A stretch of 64,000 nucleotides of DNA from Octopus vulgaris. Its lineage: Eukaryota. This document shows, in pieces, positions 11,489 to 24,592 of the stretch (the first letter of the stretch is position 1; every line of letters starts with the position of its first letter). Location of the stretch: assembly GCA_951406725.2 (NCBI GenBank), contig OX597834.1, forward strand, positions 32,364,001 to 32,428,000, written 5' to 3'. The notes under the pieces are model-generated. The model was not told the DNA's origin. It did not search any database and worked only from the letters and a program-made list of their open reading frames with translations. Position numbers and translations under genes: made by a program.

Positions 11489-12321
11489 ATATATGAAACT
11501 GATAGAATAAGTACCATGCTTTTAATAAAAATAGGCACTGGTGTTGATTTGTTTAACTAAAATTCCAACATGGCCACAGATGGATAGGTAGATAGGAAGA
11601 CAAGGATATATATATATCCTTTCTGTTGAAGAGTATAGGCTCAAAACGTAAAAGACTTTCTCACCTTCTCAAGTGTTAAACTAATACACCTGCTTGTTGT
11701 TTATACACCTGTCTTCGTCTTTTGTTTTTCTGTAAATTTCAATTATATATATAAATATATATATTTCATTCTTTTACTTGTTTCAGTCATTTGACTGTGG
11801 CCAAGCTGGAGCACCGCCTAAAGTCAAACAAATTGACCCAAGGACTTATTCTTTGTTAGAAAAAAAAGTACTTATTCTATCGGTCTTTTTTGCTGAACCG
11901 CTAAGTTACAGGGACGTAAACACACCAGCATCAGTTGTCAAGCAATGTTGGGGGGGACAAACACACACACACACACATATACGACAGGCTTCTTTCAGTT
12001 TCCGTCTACCAAATCCACTCACAAGGCTTTAATTGACCCAAGGCTATAGTAGAATATTTTGAGTCATATTTTCCATGGCTTCATACTCTTGGCTGTTGCC
12101 AACCCTCATCAATTTCCAAACAAGTGAAAATTTCATCATGGCCAGACATGTTTGTAAAGAATATTGGAAATAAATGACACTGCTTGTATGACGGTGACAA
12201 TCATTTACAACTATCACACAATGTCAAGATAAGGACACACCAACTCATGCACAGACACAAACATACATGCACACACATACACATACATTATGCATCCATA
12301 CATACATATACACACATAAAA

Positions 12322-12550
12322 GGCGGCGAGCTGCCCGAAACGTTAGCACGTCGGGCGAAATACGTAGCGGTATTTCGTCTGCCATTACGTTGTGAGTTCA
12401 AATTCCGCCGAGGTCGACTTTGCCTTTCATCCTTTCGGGGTCGATAAATTAAGTACCAGTTATGCACTGGGGTCGATGTAATCGATTTAATCCCTTTGTC
12501 TGTCCTTGTTTGTCCCCTCCATGTTTAGCCCCTTGTGGGTTATAAAGAAA
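12322..12550 (+). mobile_element. Family-B SINE
   Basis: Full-length copy beginning ggcggcgagctgcccgaaacgttagc. Confidence 0.85.
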
Positions 12551-12701
12551 TATATACACACATAAGTAAGCCCTTAAATGCAAAACAAGGTGGTAAAAAT
12601 CGTACTTAAATACCAAAGGCAAATCTGATTGATTGATTGATTCTAGTTTCAGCTCACGAGCTGTGGCCATGCTGGGGCACCGCCATTATAAAATCTAGTG
12701 C

Positions 12702-12773
12702 CTCCCCGGCGGGGAATCGAACCCCGGTCTCCCGCGTGACAGGCGGGGATACTTACCACTATACTACCGAGGA
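12702..12773 (-). tRNA. trnD-GTC: tRNA-Asp (GTC)
   Basis: 72 nt TCCTCGGTAGTATAGTGGTAAGTATCCCCGCCTGTCACGCGGGAGACCGGGGTTCGATTCCCCGCCGGGGAG. Intact cloverleaf, A and B boxes, GTC anticodon, and a TTTT Pol III terminator about 9 nt downstream. Confidence 0.96.
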
Positions 12774-13154
12774 TATTTATTAAAGCTGAAAAAAATCTTC
12801 ACAAACTGTAACTCAAGAGTTTTATATTACCGTTCGTCAGACAGGTGAGATAAACTGAAAATTTGTTCAGCTTCAATAAATAATATATAACTGTATGTGT
12901 GTGAGTGTGTAAGCGTGTGTGTGTGTGTGTATTACACGGTCACCAATTTTTTTTCCTTCTTTTTCTTTTTTTTTTTGACGTTAAAAACTGGTTATAACAG
13001 TAATCTACACCATCTGAAAGGTATTCATCAAGAAATACCTATTTTACTGAAAGTTATGAGGAAACGTGATTGGGTGAGGGTGGTGGAGAGAGAGAGGAGG
13101 CACAGTTCTGTTATGGCCAAAGAGATTATCAACTGTTTCTAGGACAGTGACCAT

Positions 13155-14110
13155 ATATGCTTGTATGTATGTATGTATGTATGTATGTATGTCTGTGTGT
13201 GTATGTATATATGCATGTATGTATGTATGTATGTATGTTTGTATGTATGTATGCCTGTATGTATGTATGTATGTATGTATGAGTGTATGTATGTCTGTGT
13301 GTGTATGTATGTATGTATGTATGTATGTATGTATGTTTGTATGTATGTATGCCTGTATGTATGTATGTATGTATGTATGTATGTTTGTATGTATGTATGC
13401 CTGTATGTATGTATGTATGTATGTATGTATGTATGTATGTATGTCTGTGTGTGTGTGTATGTGTGTATGTATGTATGCCTGTATGTATGTATGCCTGTAT
13501 GTATGTATGTATGTATGTATGTATGTATGTATGTATGTATGTATGCTTGTATGTATGTATGTATGTATGTATGTATGTCTCTGTGTGTGTGTGTATGTGT
13601 GTATGTATGTATGCCTCTATGTATGTATGCCTGTATGTATGTATGCCTGTATGTATGTATGTATGCATGTAAGTATGTATGTATGTATGTATGTCTGTGT
13701 GTGTGCGCGTGTGTATGTATGTATGTATGTATGTATGTACGCCTGTATGTATGTATGTATGTATGTATGTATGCATGCATGCATGTATGTATGTATGTAT
13801 GTATGTATGTATGTTTGTGTGTATGTATGTATGTATGTATGTATGTATGTATGTATGTTTGTGTGTATGTATGTATGTATGTATGTATGTATGTCTGTGT
13901 GTGTGCGCGTGTGTATGTATGTATGTATGTATGTACGCCTGTATGTATGTATGTATGTATGCATGCATGCATGCATGCATGTATGTATGTATGTATGTAT
14001 GTATGTATGCTTGTATGTATGCTTGTATGTATGTATGTATGTTTGTATGTATGTATGTATGCATGCATGCATGCATGCATGTGTGTGTGTGTGTATGTAT
14101 GTATGTATGG
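13155..14110. repeat. ~950-bp compound (TATG)n microsatellite
   Basis: TATG runs punctuated by recurring cctg, tttg, tctgtgtg and catg variants. Source of many spurious ORFs. Confidence 0.97.
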
Positions 14111-14430
14111 ATGGATGCATAATTTTGAGAAGGTCCGATTCCTTCTCATACATTGAAACACAGTAATGGAAAATTAAAATAGCGACAACATCAGTGAAGA
14201 ATCCTTGAGAATTTAAAATCAATCCGTCATTGAAAAGGAGGAGGCGCCTGATAATGTATTTCATGATTTATTTCATAAATACTACACGTAACCCTACCCC
14301 GGCCTCACACCCACACACGGAGTGAGGGCGCGTGGCCTAGTGGTTAAGGTGTTGCACACGCAATCGCAGGATCGCGGTTTCGATTTCCATATCGAGCGGA
14401 CCGTTGTGTTCTTGAGCAAAGCACTTTTTT

Positions 14431-14854
14431 GGCGATCTTTCGTCTCTAGTAGACCTTTCCGTCGATTTCCGTAAAAATTTTTTTTTTTTTTTACATAAGG
14501 GCTTGCAGGAACTTTTGAAGTAATATACATACATATACACATACACCGAGTAAAAAATTTCAGATATCTCTCTCTTTCACACATTACTCTGTCTCTTCAC
14601 ACACACTAACAGAAGCACTTCACTTACACAACATACTGTCTGTCTCCCACACCCCATCAAACACACACACACACACATGTCCATCAATGCTTCCCATGCA
14701 CGGTAACTTCAAAAGAACTTCCCTCGTCATACAATCGCTTTCTCTTTGTCTCTTTCGCTCTCATTACTTCAAAAGTTCCCGCAAGCCCATATGTAAAAAA
14801 AAAAAAATTTTTACGGAAATCGACGGAAAGGTCTACTAGAGACGAAAGATTGCC
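14431..14854. mobile_element. MITE with ~93-bp TIRs and 8-bp TSD, nested in a SINE
   Basis: TIR GGCGATCTTTCGTCTCTAGTAGACC... / ...GGTCTACTAGAGACGAAAGATTGCC. ACTTTTTT is duplicated at 14423-14430 and 14855-14862. The host SINE starts near 14325 and resumes after 14862. Confidence 0.9.
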
Positions 14855-15301
14855 ACTTTTTTTTACGTTGTTCCGCGATCACTTCGACACCTAACTTGTG
14901 CCTCACCGTTCATTTGTACTGACAATATCCGTTTGATGGAGCAAGTGAACTAGTGTTCAGCGCATACATTTCATCGCTAAAAGCAAATCATTTATGCAGG
15001 CTGTTTACAGGTCGTCATCATCGTCGTCTAACGACAGAAGAGTCCCTATGTACATACATACATACATACATATATATAATACACAATATAAATGGCTGCG
15101 TACACACGTCCATACGTCCACACACACATACACACACAGATATGTCTGTATAAGGAAGAATGCAGCAAAACAATGAGTCATTTTCACGAACTCACGCGTG
15201 TATTTGTATTGTATGTGTATAAATTATGAAGCCACGCACAGAACACAGGACACAGTGGTTGGTTCACAAGGAACAGCGCACACAAATGTATAAGCGCGCC
15301 T

Positions 15302-15332
<31 letters not shown>

Positions 15333-15790
15333 ATGTATGTATGTATGTATGTATGTATGTATGTGTGTGTGTGTGTGTGTATGTATGTGTGTATGTATGT
15401 ATGTGTGTGTGTATGTATATATGTATGTATGTTGTATGTATGTATCTATGTATGTATGTATGTATGTATGTGTGTATGTATATATGTATGTGTGTGTGTA
15501 TGTATGTATGCATGTATGCATGTATGTATGTATGTATGTTTGTGTGTATGTATATATGTATGTATGTATGTATGTATGTGTGTATGTATATATGTATGTA
15601 TGTATGTATGTGTGTATGTATATATGTATGTGTGTATGTAGGTATGTATGTAGGTAGGTAGGTACGTACGTATGTCTACACGCATGTATGAAACCATGTT
15701 TATAACATGTAGGAACGTATGTATGTGTATGCATGCATGCATGCACGTATGTACATATGCATGCATTCACATGTGTATGCATGTGTATAA
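15302..15790. repeat. Compound (TATG)n/(TG)n microsatellite
   Basis: Directly visible. Confidence 0.95.
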
Positions 15791-16204
15791 TGCAGGTATG
15801 CTCCATATACGCGCATGAGAGAGAGAGAGAGAGTGTGTGTGTGTGTGTATGTGAAAGAGAGAGAGAGAGAGAGAGAGAGAGAAAATATGGGTCACTTCAC
15901 GAAGAACACACCCACACACAAATGTCTACATATGTATGTGTTTATATAATATATATATCGAGCAACACATACATACACACTTGTATTGTTTATTATACGT
16001 GCATGAATGAATGATTCTACAACCAAGCATCGACAGCATCTAACACGAGGCGGTCCTCTAACTCTAACGCACGTAGGTACACGTATATCCACCCCATCTA
16101 CAACGGGGTGTGTCACAGAGGAGATTGACTTTTTTCCAAGACTACAGCATTCTCAATTGTCACTTCTAAAAGTGCACGGAATCTTTTCCTAGACGTACCC
16201 CTCC

Positions 16205-17000
16205 CCTTCTCTCTCTCTCTCTCACTCTTTCTGCCTAGGTCTCTGTAACCCTCTCGCTAATTCTCTCCTCCACTTCCTCCTACTTCACCGGTTCTTCCAC
16301 TTTTATGTTCCCCTCCTCTCCTTCCAATCTCTCTCGTGTTTTTGCTTTTAACCCTCCGTCCTTCTATACACACTCTTTCTTTCTCTCTCTCTCTCTCCCT
16401 TACTCTTTCTGCCTAGGTCTCTGTAACCCTCTCGCTAATTCTCTCCTCCACTTCCTCTTACTTAACCGGTTCTTCCACTTTCATGTCCTCCTCCTCTCCT
16501 TCCAATCTCTCTAGTGTTTTTGCTTTTAACCCTCCGTCCTTCTATACACACTTTCTTTCTCTCTCTCTCTCTCTCTTCTCTTTCCTGTCTATTCATCCTA
16601 CCCCCCTCACCAATTCTCTCCTCCGCTTCCTCATACCAAACTTCTATCGTCTGCCTCTATCGATTTACTTTCACTTCCTCCTACTTCGCCGTTTCGCTAC
16701 TTTCTTTCTCCCTGAATTCCTCCCCTTCCTATCTCCCTCTCAACCTTATAGTCTTCTTGCTTTTAACCCCCCCCCCCCACTATTTTCTCTTCCCTTTCTC
16801 ACTTTCTCCCCTTTTCTCACTCTCACTAATCTTCTTGCTTTCATATTTCCCTCTTCCCACTACTTACTATCTTTCTCGCCCCCCCGCCACTATTTTCTCT
16901 TCCCTTTCTCACTTTCTCCCCTTTTCTCACTCTCACTAATCTTCTTGCTTTCATATTTCCCTCTTACCACTACTTACTATATCTCTCTCTCTCTCTCTCT
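16205..17000 (+). repeat. Pyrimidine-rich region with local tandem duplications (~180 bp x2-3; ~110 bp x2)
   Basis: actctttctgcctaggtctctgtaacc... at about 16224 and 16402; ccactattttctcttccctttctcactttc... at about 16777 and 16887. Confidence 0.85.
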
Positions 17001-17348
17001 CTCGACCCCCTCCGCCTCTCTCTCACAGCTTACATTGCACACAGGTCGTTGCCCGGTTCCTGACGTAAAAGTGGCCATGCATGCATACACATGCATATCA
17101 CAACACAGATGCATGATGGAAATAAACCCAAGCTAAGGCCAGAACAATAACACTAGATTTAAAACATGGTAGGAATAAAAATAACAAACCCCAACTGTCG
17201 AAATACCTAATATATTACTTCTGTTCTACTCGATACTGGATTCCTTTCCTAGTTTCCAGTCATTGAACTTGCGGCCTTGCAGGAGCAGTGTCTTTTTCTT
17301 TTTTCTTTCTTTTCCTACTGTAGGCACAAGGCCTGGAATTTTGGGGAA

Positions 17349-17530
17349 ATGGGCTAAGCTGCCGGACGAGATAGTGAAGATGCCGACGACGGCTCGGTTC
17401 AAAGTCTTCCTTGACCACAAATGGCCTGAACTCTTTGCATTAACACCACCCTGTACATAACTCCATGTCCCCCTACATGGCCTTGCTTTTTGCTTTTTGA
17501 GCCAAAAAATTAACTTAACTTAACTCAACT
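17349..17530 (+). mobile_element. 3' end of a CR1/L2-type LINE
   Basis: WAKLPDEIVKMPTTARFKVFLDHKW resembles the CR1/L2 ORF2 C-terminus (WNxLPxxVVxAxxxxxFKxxLD); short 3'UTR and (AACTT)n tail. It interrupts a degenerate family-B SINE. Confidence 0.75.
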
Positions 17531-18029
17531 TATATCGATTACAATGTTCAACTTGTACTTTATTTTATCGATTCTGAAAGGACGAAGGGTAGAGTCGACC
17601 TCGGCGGAATTTGAACTCAGAATGTAAAGAGCCGGAGGAAAAGCTGCTAACTAGCTTGTCCGACGCTTTGTCAGTTCGCCGACTTGCACTGTCTTAAAGA
17701 GTTTTTAATTGCTATCAGCAACCCCTCAGCTTCTTTTACTGAAACTCTATTGAATCAACTGAGTCACTCAGCCGAAAGTGAGTAGAGTACCAGCTGAGTG
17801 TCGATGCATCTCTCTCTCTCTCTTCAACAGTGACATCCCGAGTGAACAGGATGGAAGGCCGAGAAAGCGCCCATTCTTGCTTGCGACTACAAAGGCACTA
17901 AAAGCTTAACGTATAAACACTGTCGATGGATGAATTACTTCAGTATTTGATCTGAGGTAGCATTTCTTATGGACTTACTGTGTTAAAAACGATAAATATA
18001 AGAGAGAGAGAGCTGAAAATTTATCCTTG

Positions 18030-18165
18030 CAATGGCCAGCGTGATCGCCAAACGCATTGCAGCTATACTGGACTTTTCCAATGGTGCCTACTCGCAACCA
18101 GCCGCATACTCGGACACCAAGCCATATTCCTTCACGGGGAAGAAGGCTGGATCTCATTTATGAAA
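18030..18165 (+). mobile_element. Possible decayed LTR-retrotransposon RT fragment
   Basis: AILDFSNGAYSQ...DTKPYSF loosely resembles the gypsy RT motif LDLxxAYxQ. Weak. Confidence 0.25.
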
Positions 18166-18487
18166 ACTACTAAATTACGGGAGACAAAGGAACACAACAT
18201 CAACAAACCCGATGCTAAACATAGTTAGGTGTCCACTCTAGTGGTCATTCCTCTTAATTTTGTGTGCAGCACAATTTTTTATCTTCAGATTTTTTTTTTA
18301 AATATGCTTAGCCACTGGTTTTAATTGATTAATATCAATTTCTACCCTTATTATTATGAACGGCAACGGGAAACTCAGAGTAACAGGTTTTGTTGAATTT
18401 TCTGCTGCTTTAAATAAAGCATATTACTCTACCACTGGTATTTGAGTACTCTTTTTCCACCTTGTTTCACATTTATGTGTTTACTCC

Positions 18488-18540
<53 letters not shown>

Positions 18541-18547
<7 letters not shown>

Positions 18548-18659
18548 TCCTGAAAACGGATAAGTACCATTAATTTATTAACTGCAAAAATTCAACATGT
18601 TGAATTTTTGCAGTTAATAAATTATATGAATGCTACTTCTCCATTTTCCGGACTTTGAT
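18541..18659. repeat. Fold-back with a perfect 54-bp palindromic core (18571-18624)
   Basis: taatttattaactgcaaaaattcaaca|tgttgaatttttgcagttaataaatta, plus imperfect outer arms. Confidence 0.92.
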
Positions 18660-19384
18660 TTGAATATTTATAAACCAAGATTTATATTTAAACCTATCGT
18701 TTTAGGAATATTACTATTCACAACAAAATAATAGTTAACAAACCAGTAATTCATTGGATATCTTCTATCCCTTAAGGCGGTTATTTTAACCTCTATTTAA
18801 ATTGTGTGTGTGTGTATACTTCCAGACTATTGCATGCAATGTGTATAGTGCAACGAAATACAAAATATATATTTAAAAAATACATATAAAATCGCTGCTT
18901 GCTGCCAAGACTGCAAAACAAAAATCTAATTTTACAAAATACATTCAAAGAAACTGGGATAAAAGTGGGAGGGTGGGGGAGCAGAGAAAAACTGTAAGAA
19001 AATCGATATAAATAAATATAGAGAAATGACTGAATAGGTCGCCGGTTTACAGTTTCAAGAGTTTATCGACTGTCATCAGAGACAAAAAGCAAAAAGAAAA
19101 AAAAAAGCGTTAACTGTTTTTAATTATTTATTATTACTTTTGTTGTTATTTTCTTGTTAATCGAGTATTTGCAATGTCCTAAACTTTTTTTTTCTTCTTC
19201 TTTCTTTGGCCCTTCTGGTCAATAAAGAAAGTAAGGTGGCGATGCTAGCAGAATTGTTAGTGGATCGGATAAAATCGTATATTTTGGATCGTGTTCTGCT
19301 TGTTACTATGGAAACAGGTGTGAATATGTCTGTGGCTTACGATTGGTTATCAAATTCACTCATAAGGCATTGGTCAGCCCGGAG

Positions 19385-19908
19385 ACGAAATTTTTTTCCC
19401 TTAAGAGTTCCAGACTCCAGTAATTAACTCATTTGCATACAGCCAATCAGAACAGAGCCACCTTTATCCTTTCTTCCTTTCTCGTCAGCACCGTGCATTC
19501 CTTACTCTTTCCCTCTCTACTGGCAGACAGCAACTTTTCCGTCCTCTAACTACATGGCCGGCAAACTAATAAATATATGTAAATAATATTTCTTTCTTTT
19601 TGGTGTTAATCCTTCAATGTTTACTGGTTACACCGACGTTGGTACAATAATACACTTACCCAAACTGAATTGCTGGAGTATTTAATTTTTTCCAGAAAAG
19701 AGTACATTAAAGATTCGTAGTGATAGCAAAATGTTTTTTCGACAGTGACAAAAAGGCTGTTGTCTGCCAGTAGAGAGGGAAAGAATAAGGAATGCACGGT
19801 GCTGACTAGAAACGAAGAAAGGATAAAAGGTGGCTCTGCTCTGATTGGTTGTATGCAAATGAGTTCCTTAACTGGGGTCTGGAACTCTCGTAGGAAAAAC
19901 AATTTCGG
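19385..19908. mobile_element. MITE with ~160-bp TIRs inserted in a family-A SINE
   Basis: 19385-19545 is the reverse complement of 19745-19908. SINE sequence (aaggcattggtcagccc / tagaagacacttgcccaagg) is split on either side. Confidence 0.8.
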
Positions 19909-20358
19909 GGATCGGGGCAAATGGTAGAAGACACTTGCCCAAGGTGCCATGTAATAGAACTGAACTGGAAACCACATGGTAGCAAAATGAACTTTTTTAG
20001 CCACACAGCTATGAGTTTTTACCATCGAGGCCCATCCACGCCATGAAAATCAAACAATTTTAGTCGTCATCGTCCTGGCAACATATGAAAACAATTGCAA
20101 CTGATCTCTGCTACAGCGTGTGTAACTTTTATGTCGGACAATATCTTTCTTAAATTATAATTAGGTATTCGTTTCGAAAATAATCCGGTCTGCTGGTTTA
20201 TAATTAGCAAATGAAAAAAATCAAACAGCACTTACAATAATTGTTTTCGTTTGGGTCGGGGTATGTAATATATGGGGATGGGTAAGCTGTTGCACTTTTC
20301 ATCGACAATTCCACAGTGACGGATTCTGGAGAACCTCTGTGTGTGTGTGTGTGTGTAT

Positions 20359-20395
<37 letters not shown>

Positions 20396-21007
20396 AATAC
20401 AAAATGGGACAAGAGCGCAAAACATCCAGACAGTTAGGTGATACAAATAAGGGACAACAAAACATCCAGATAGATGATACAAAGAAAACAAGGACGGGTC
20501 TTTCGGAGTTTTCTTTCCTCAGTCGAGTTCCAGATTATCTTTGCAATTTCGGCTGGTTATACTTTGCAATATTTCAGGATTAAATAAAAAGACAACGGAA
20601 AATATGACATATCTGTGTATGTACATACATACATATACATACATACATACATATATATATACATATAGTTTTTAAAAAAAACATCTCATAAATACACAAA
20701 CGAACATATACTAAATACACAGACGAACAGAAAACGCAGAAGGTCACCAACTCCTTTTCAGTTATTGGCCAGAGGGTTAAAGCACAATTTCATATATATC
20801 TATATATGTATATATACAAGGCGGGCACCTTTCAGTTTCCATATACCAAATCCACTCACAAGGTTTTGGTTGACCTGAGGCTATAGAAGACACTTGCCTA
20901 ATGTGCCACGCAGTAGGACTGAACCCGGAACCATGTAGTAAGGAAGCAAGCTTCTTACCACACAGCCATGCCTGTACGTAAATATGTAATAATTACATGC
21001 GCGTGTA

Positions 21008-21350
21008 CATCATCATCATCATCATCATCATCGTTTAACGTCTGTTTTCCATGCTGAGATGGGTTGGATGGTTCAACTGGGGTCTGGGAAGCCAGTAGGC
21101 TGCGCCAGGCCCAGTCTGATCTGGCAATGTTTCTACGGCTGGATGCCCTTCCTAACGCCAACCACTCCGTGAGTGTGGTGGATGCTTTTTACGTGCCACC
21201 TGCACAGGTGCCAGACGAGGCTGGCAACGGCCACAATCGGATGGTGCTTTTTACGTGCCACCGGCACGGAGGCCAGTTGGGGTGGCGCTGGCAACGGCCA
21301 CGTTCAGATGGTTCTCTTACATGCCACCGGCACTGGTATCACAGCTACAA
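21008..21350 (-). mobile_element. Family-D SINE/retroposon
   Basis: Homologous to 5432-5685 and 27690-27995. Confidence 0.8.
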
Positions 21351-21982
21351 TTTACGTAACCATAAAAACAGGTTTGGTCTGTTTTCTTCTCGTCTCATTT
21401 GTTCTGCTACCTGCCTACCATACACAGCAGTAAATCGAATTCTTTGATACACAGTATTCGAATTTTAATGGCTGGTGTAGGAGAGAAGACCGACTGCCTA
21501 TCGAGAACCGCAGTATTCGAATACACAGTAATTGGACTTCGCCTCTGGGTGTGTGCACGCGTATGAGAGAGATAGAGATAAAGAGAGTGTGTGTGAAGGT
21601 GTGTGTGGTGTAATGGTTAGGATGTTGAGTTTGCGATCGATAGGTCATGAGTACGATTCTCGGATTGGATAGTGCTTTGTATTGTGGCTACAATACAAAA
21701 TACTATCCAGCCTGAGTGAACAAGTATAGTCTCACGTGATTGGTCTATGAATTGGCCAATCAGCGTGAGGCTGTGACGTGATAAGGTTTTCTCGATTATT
21801 CTAGACTACAACCTCTTGTCCCGTATAAAAAACTGCTTTGGTAAATCAACTCATCGCAGACTGATGAAGGCAACTGAATGAATTGCGTCTCCACTCTTGC
21901 CATGCAGACGGTTCTGGACATTTATGTAGACAACTCCAGGTTCTCAGACACCCATTCTGAACATTCATACAAAATCTTATTA

Positions 21983-22370
21983 GGAGTGGCTGTGTGGTAA
22001 GTAGCTTGTTTACCAACCACATGGTTCCGGGTTCAGTCCCACTGCATGGCATCTTGGGTAAGTGTCTTCTACTATAGCCTCAGGCCGACCAAAGCCTTGT
22101 GAGTGGATTTGGTGGACGGAAACTGAAAGAAGCCCATCGTATATATGTATATGTGTGTGTGCGTGTATGTTTGTGTTTATCCCCCTAGCATTGCTTGACA
22201 ACCGATGCTGGTGTGTTTATGTCCCCGTAACTTAGCGGTTCGGCAAAAGAAACCGATAGAATAAGTACTAGGCTTACAAAGAATAAGTCCCGGGGTCGAT
22301 TTGCTCGACTAAAGGCGGTGCTCCAGCATGGCTACAGTCAAATGACTGAAACAAGTAAAAGAGAGTAAAG
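21983..22370 (+). mobile_element. Family-A tRNA-derived SINE
   Basis: Head ggagtggctgtgtggtaagtagcttg...gggttcagtcccac, internal (TA/TG)n, tail gaaacaagtaaaagag. Confidence 0.88.
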
Positions 22371-23676
22371 ATCATGCACGGTGTATTTTTCTTTCTTTTC
22401 TTTTCTCTATCTCAGTTGGCAATTGTAAATAATCAACACCAAATATGCCCAAGGTGCCACGCAGTGGGACTGAACCCGGAACCATGTGGTTGGTTAGCAA
22501 GCTACTTACCACACAGCCACTCCTGCGCCTAAAAAAAAAATTTAAACGTCACATGTGCCAAGCTGTATCGGCCATTGCCTTTCCCTTGGATAACACAGGT
22601 GGCATGGAGAGGGGAGGCCGGTATGCATGGGTGATTGTTGGTCTTCCATAAACAACCTTGCCCGGACTTGTGCCTAGGAGGGTAACTTTCTAGGTGCAAT
22701 CCCATGGTCTGTGTCGTGACCGAAGGGGGTCTCAGAACTTGTAACAAATACTATTATAATAACGTAGATTTTATAATTGGTATGGGTAGGGCGCATTGTT
22801 GCGGCTTACCCCAGGCATAATTTATCGTAGCTTTACCACTGCTGAATTCAAACATTGCTGGGGTCAAATATTTTGGCCTTCGTCTTCCTGGGACTCAATA
22901 AAATATAACAACACCTCATTTGATACAATGCTATATGATATTACGGCAAATGTTTGGTGTGAGGAAGTGGTGAGAGTCCATTCAGGAAATGGCTGGTAAT
23001 ATTTTAACAGTAAAGAGAAGTGGAAGGGATACAAATACTTCCTTGCATAAACGTCAGAAAACTAATTCCTGCAACGCATATTTAGAGGAAGCAATCCAAT
23101 AGATAATTATTGCCTCGATTGGCACAGAGCCACGAAACATTTTGGGAAGAAGATGAAAATGATAAATGAAAAATAAGCAGAGAACGAAAGAAATCAGCGT
23201 TGGATTATTGAACGTAAAATGCTTTGCGATATTTGTTCCAAGTTTTTTTTTATGGTTTGAGTTTGGACCCTGCCGAGGTCAACTTGATCGTTTAACCTTT
23301 CATGGGAAAGATAAGATAAAGTGCAAGTGGTCTGGTTATTTATAATCCAGCCAGAAACCAGTGGAAACATGTGCAAAGAGACTGCGATCAGACCGCATCC
23401 AAAGAGATGCTAATCTACATCAGAGGGGATATCACAAAACCCCTTATGCTTGAGAAGGGGTGTGGCTTAGTCGCTGGATTATGCGGCTCACAATCATATG
23501 GCTGTGAGTTCGATTCCCAGTGATATGTTGTGTCCTTGAGCAAGATACTTTATTTCTCATTGCTCCAGTTCACCCAGCTGGCAAAATTCATTGTACCAGT
23601 AATTGAAAGGGGACAGCCTTGTCACATTCTGTGTCACCCTGAATCTGCCTGAAAAGTACGTTAAGTGTACGTGTGT

Positions 23677-23824
23677 GGCGCAGGAGTGGCTGTGTGGTAA
23701 GTAGCTTGTTTACCAACCACATGGTTCCGGGTTCAGTCCCACAGCGTGGCACCTTGGGCAAGTTTCTTCTACTATAGCCTTGTGAGTGGATTTGGTAGAC
23801 GGAAACTGAAAGAAGCCCGTCGTA

Positions 23825-23874
<50 letters not shown>

Positions 23875-24100
23875 TGTGTGTGTTTGTGTGTCTGTGTTTG
23901 ACCCCCTAGCATTGCTTGACAACCGATGCTGGTGTGTTTATGTCCCCGTTACTTAGCGGTTCGGCAAAAGAGACCGATAGGATAAGTACTGGGCTTACAA
24001 AAGAATAAGTCCCGGGGTCGAGTTGCTCGATTAAAGGCGGTGCTCCAGCATGGCCGCAGTCAAATGACTGAAACAAGTAAAAGAGTAAAAGAGTAAAAAG
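23677..24100 (+). mobile_element. Family-A SINE nested in an older SINE (~23455-24212)
   Basis: The host element is interrupted at tacgtgtgt|...|gtgtctgtgaaatactcagccac; the uninterrupted junction is seen at about 41290-41320. Confidence 0.85.
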
Positions 24101-24592
24101 AGAGAGTGTCTGTGAAATACTCAGCCACTTGCATGTTAATTTCATGAGCAGGCTGTTCCGTTGATTGAATCAACTTGAGTACTGATCGCCGTAAACAACG
24201 GAATGCCAGTCGTTAAGAGTCTTATCAGAAGCAACCATTATTAGACTTTCTGGCTGGATTTGCAAATGGGTGGAATTCTGGTTGAAGCAATCCTTGCATA
24301 TTTGTGTTCTACACATGGGAATTCATTCAATGATGCCAAAATTAAATTTCGTGTGTGTGCGTGTGTGATTTAAGGGGGATTAAGCTGTTGTTTTTAGCAC
24401 ATCTCACGACCACATGATACCTTCCTCATTTCTTTGTCATTTTGACATCTATTGATGTTTTTCAGTATTTTTCTCCCCAGAAACACATTTAATAGAATGA
24501 TGCTGTGTTTTAAGCCCCAAATTTTGAACTGTCTACATTTTAAACACTGATTTAAAAGAAAAATTGAAAATGAGTAGAAGCTTTAGGATCTA

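Noticed and set aside
12940-15300. Candidate PTRH1 first exons (donors near 12943 and 15195; ORF starting MKYIIRRLL at 14264)
   Set aside because: In-frame stop or no credible ATG before a phase-0 donor, or no strong donor at all.
13129-15806. Long ORFs of up to 340 aa (MYVC/HTYI repeats)
   Set aside because: Translations of (TATG)n, which is open in most frames; no coding signal.
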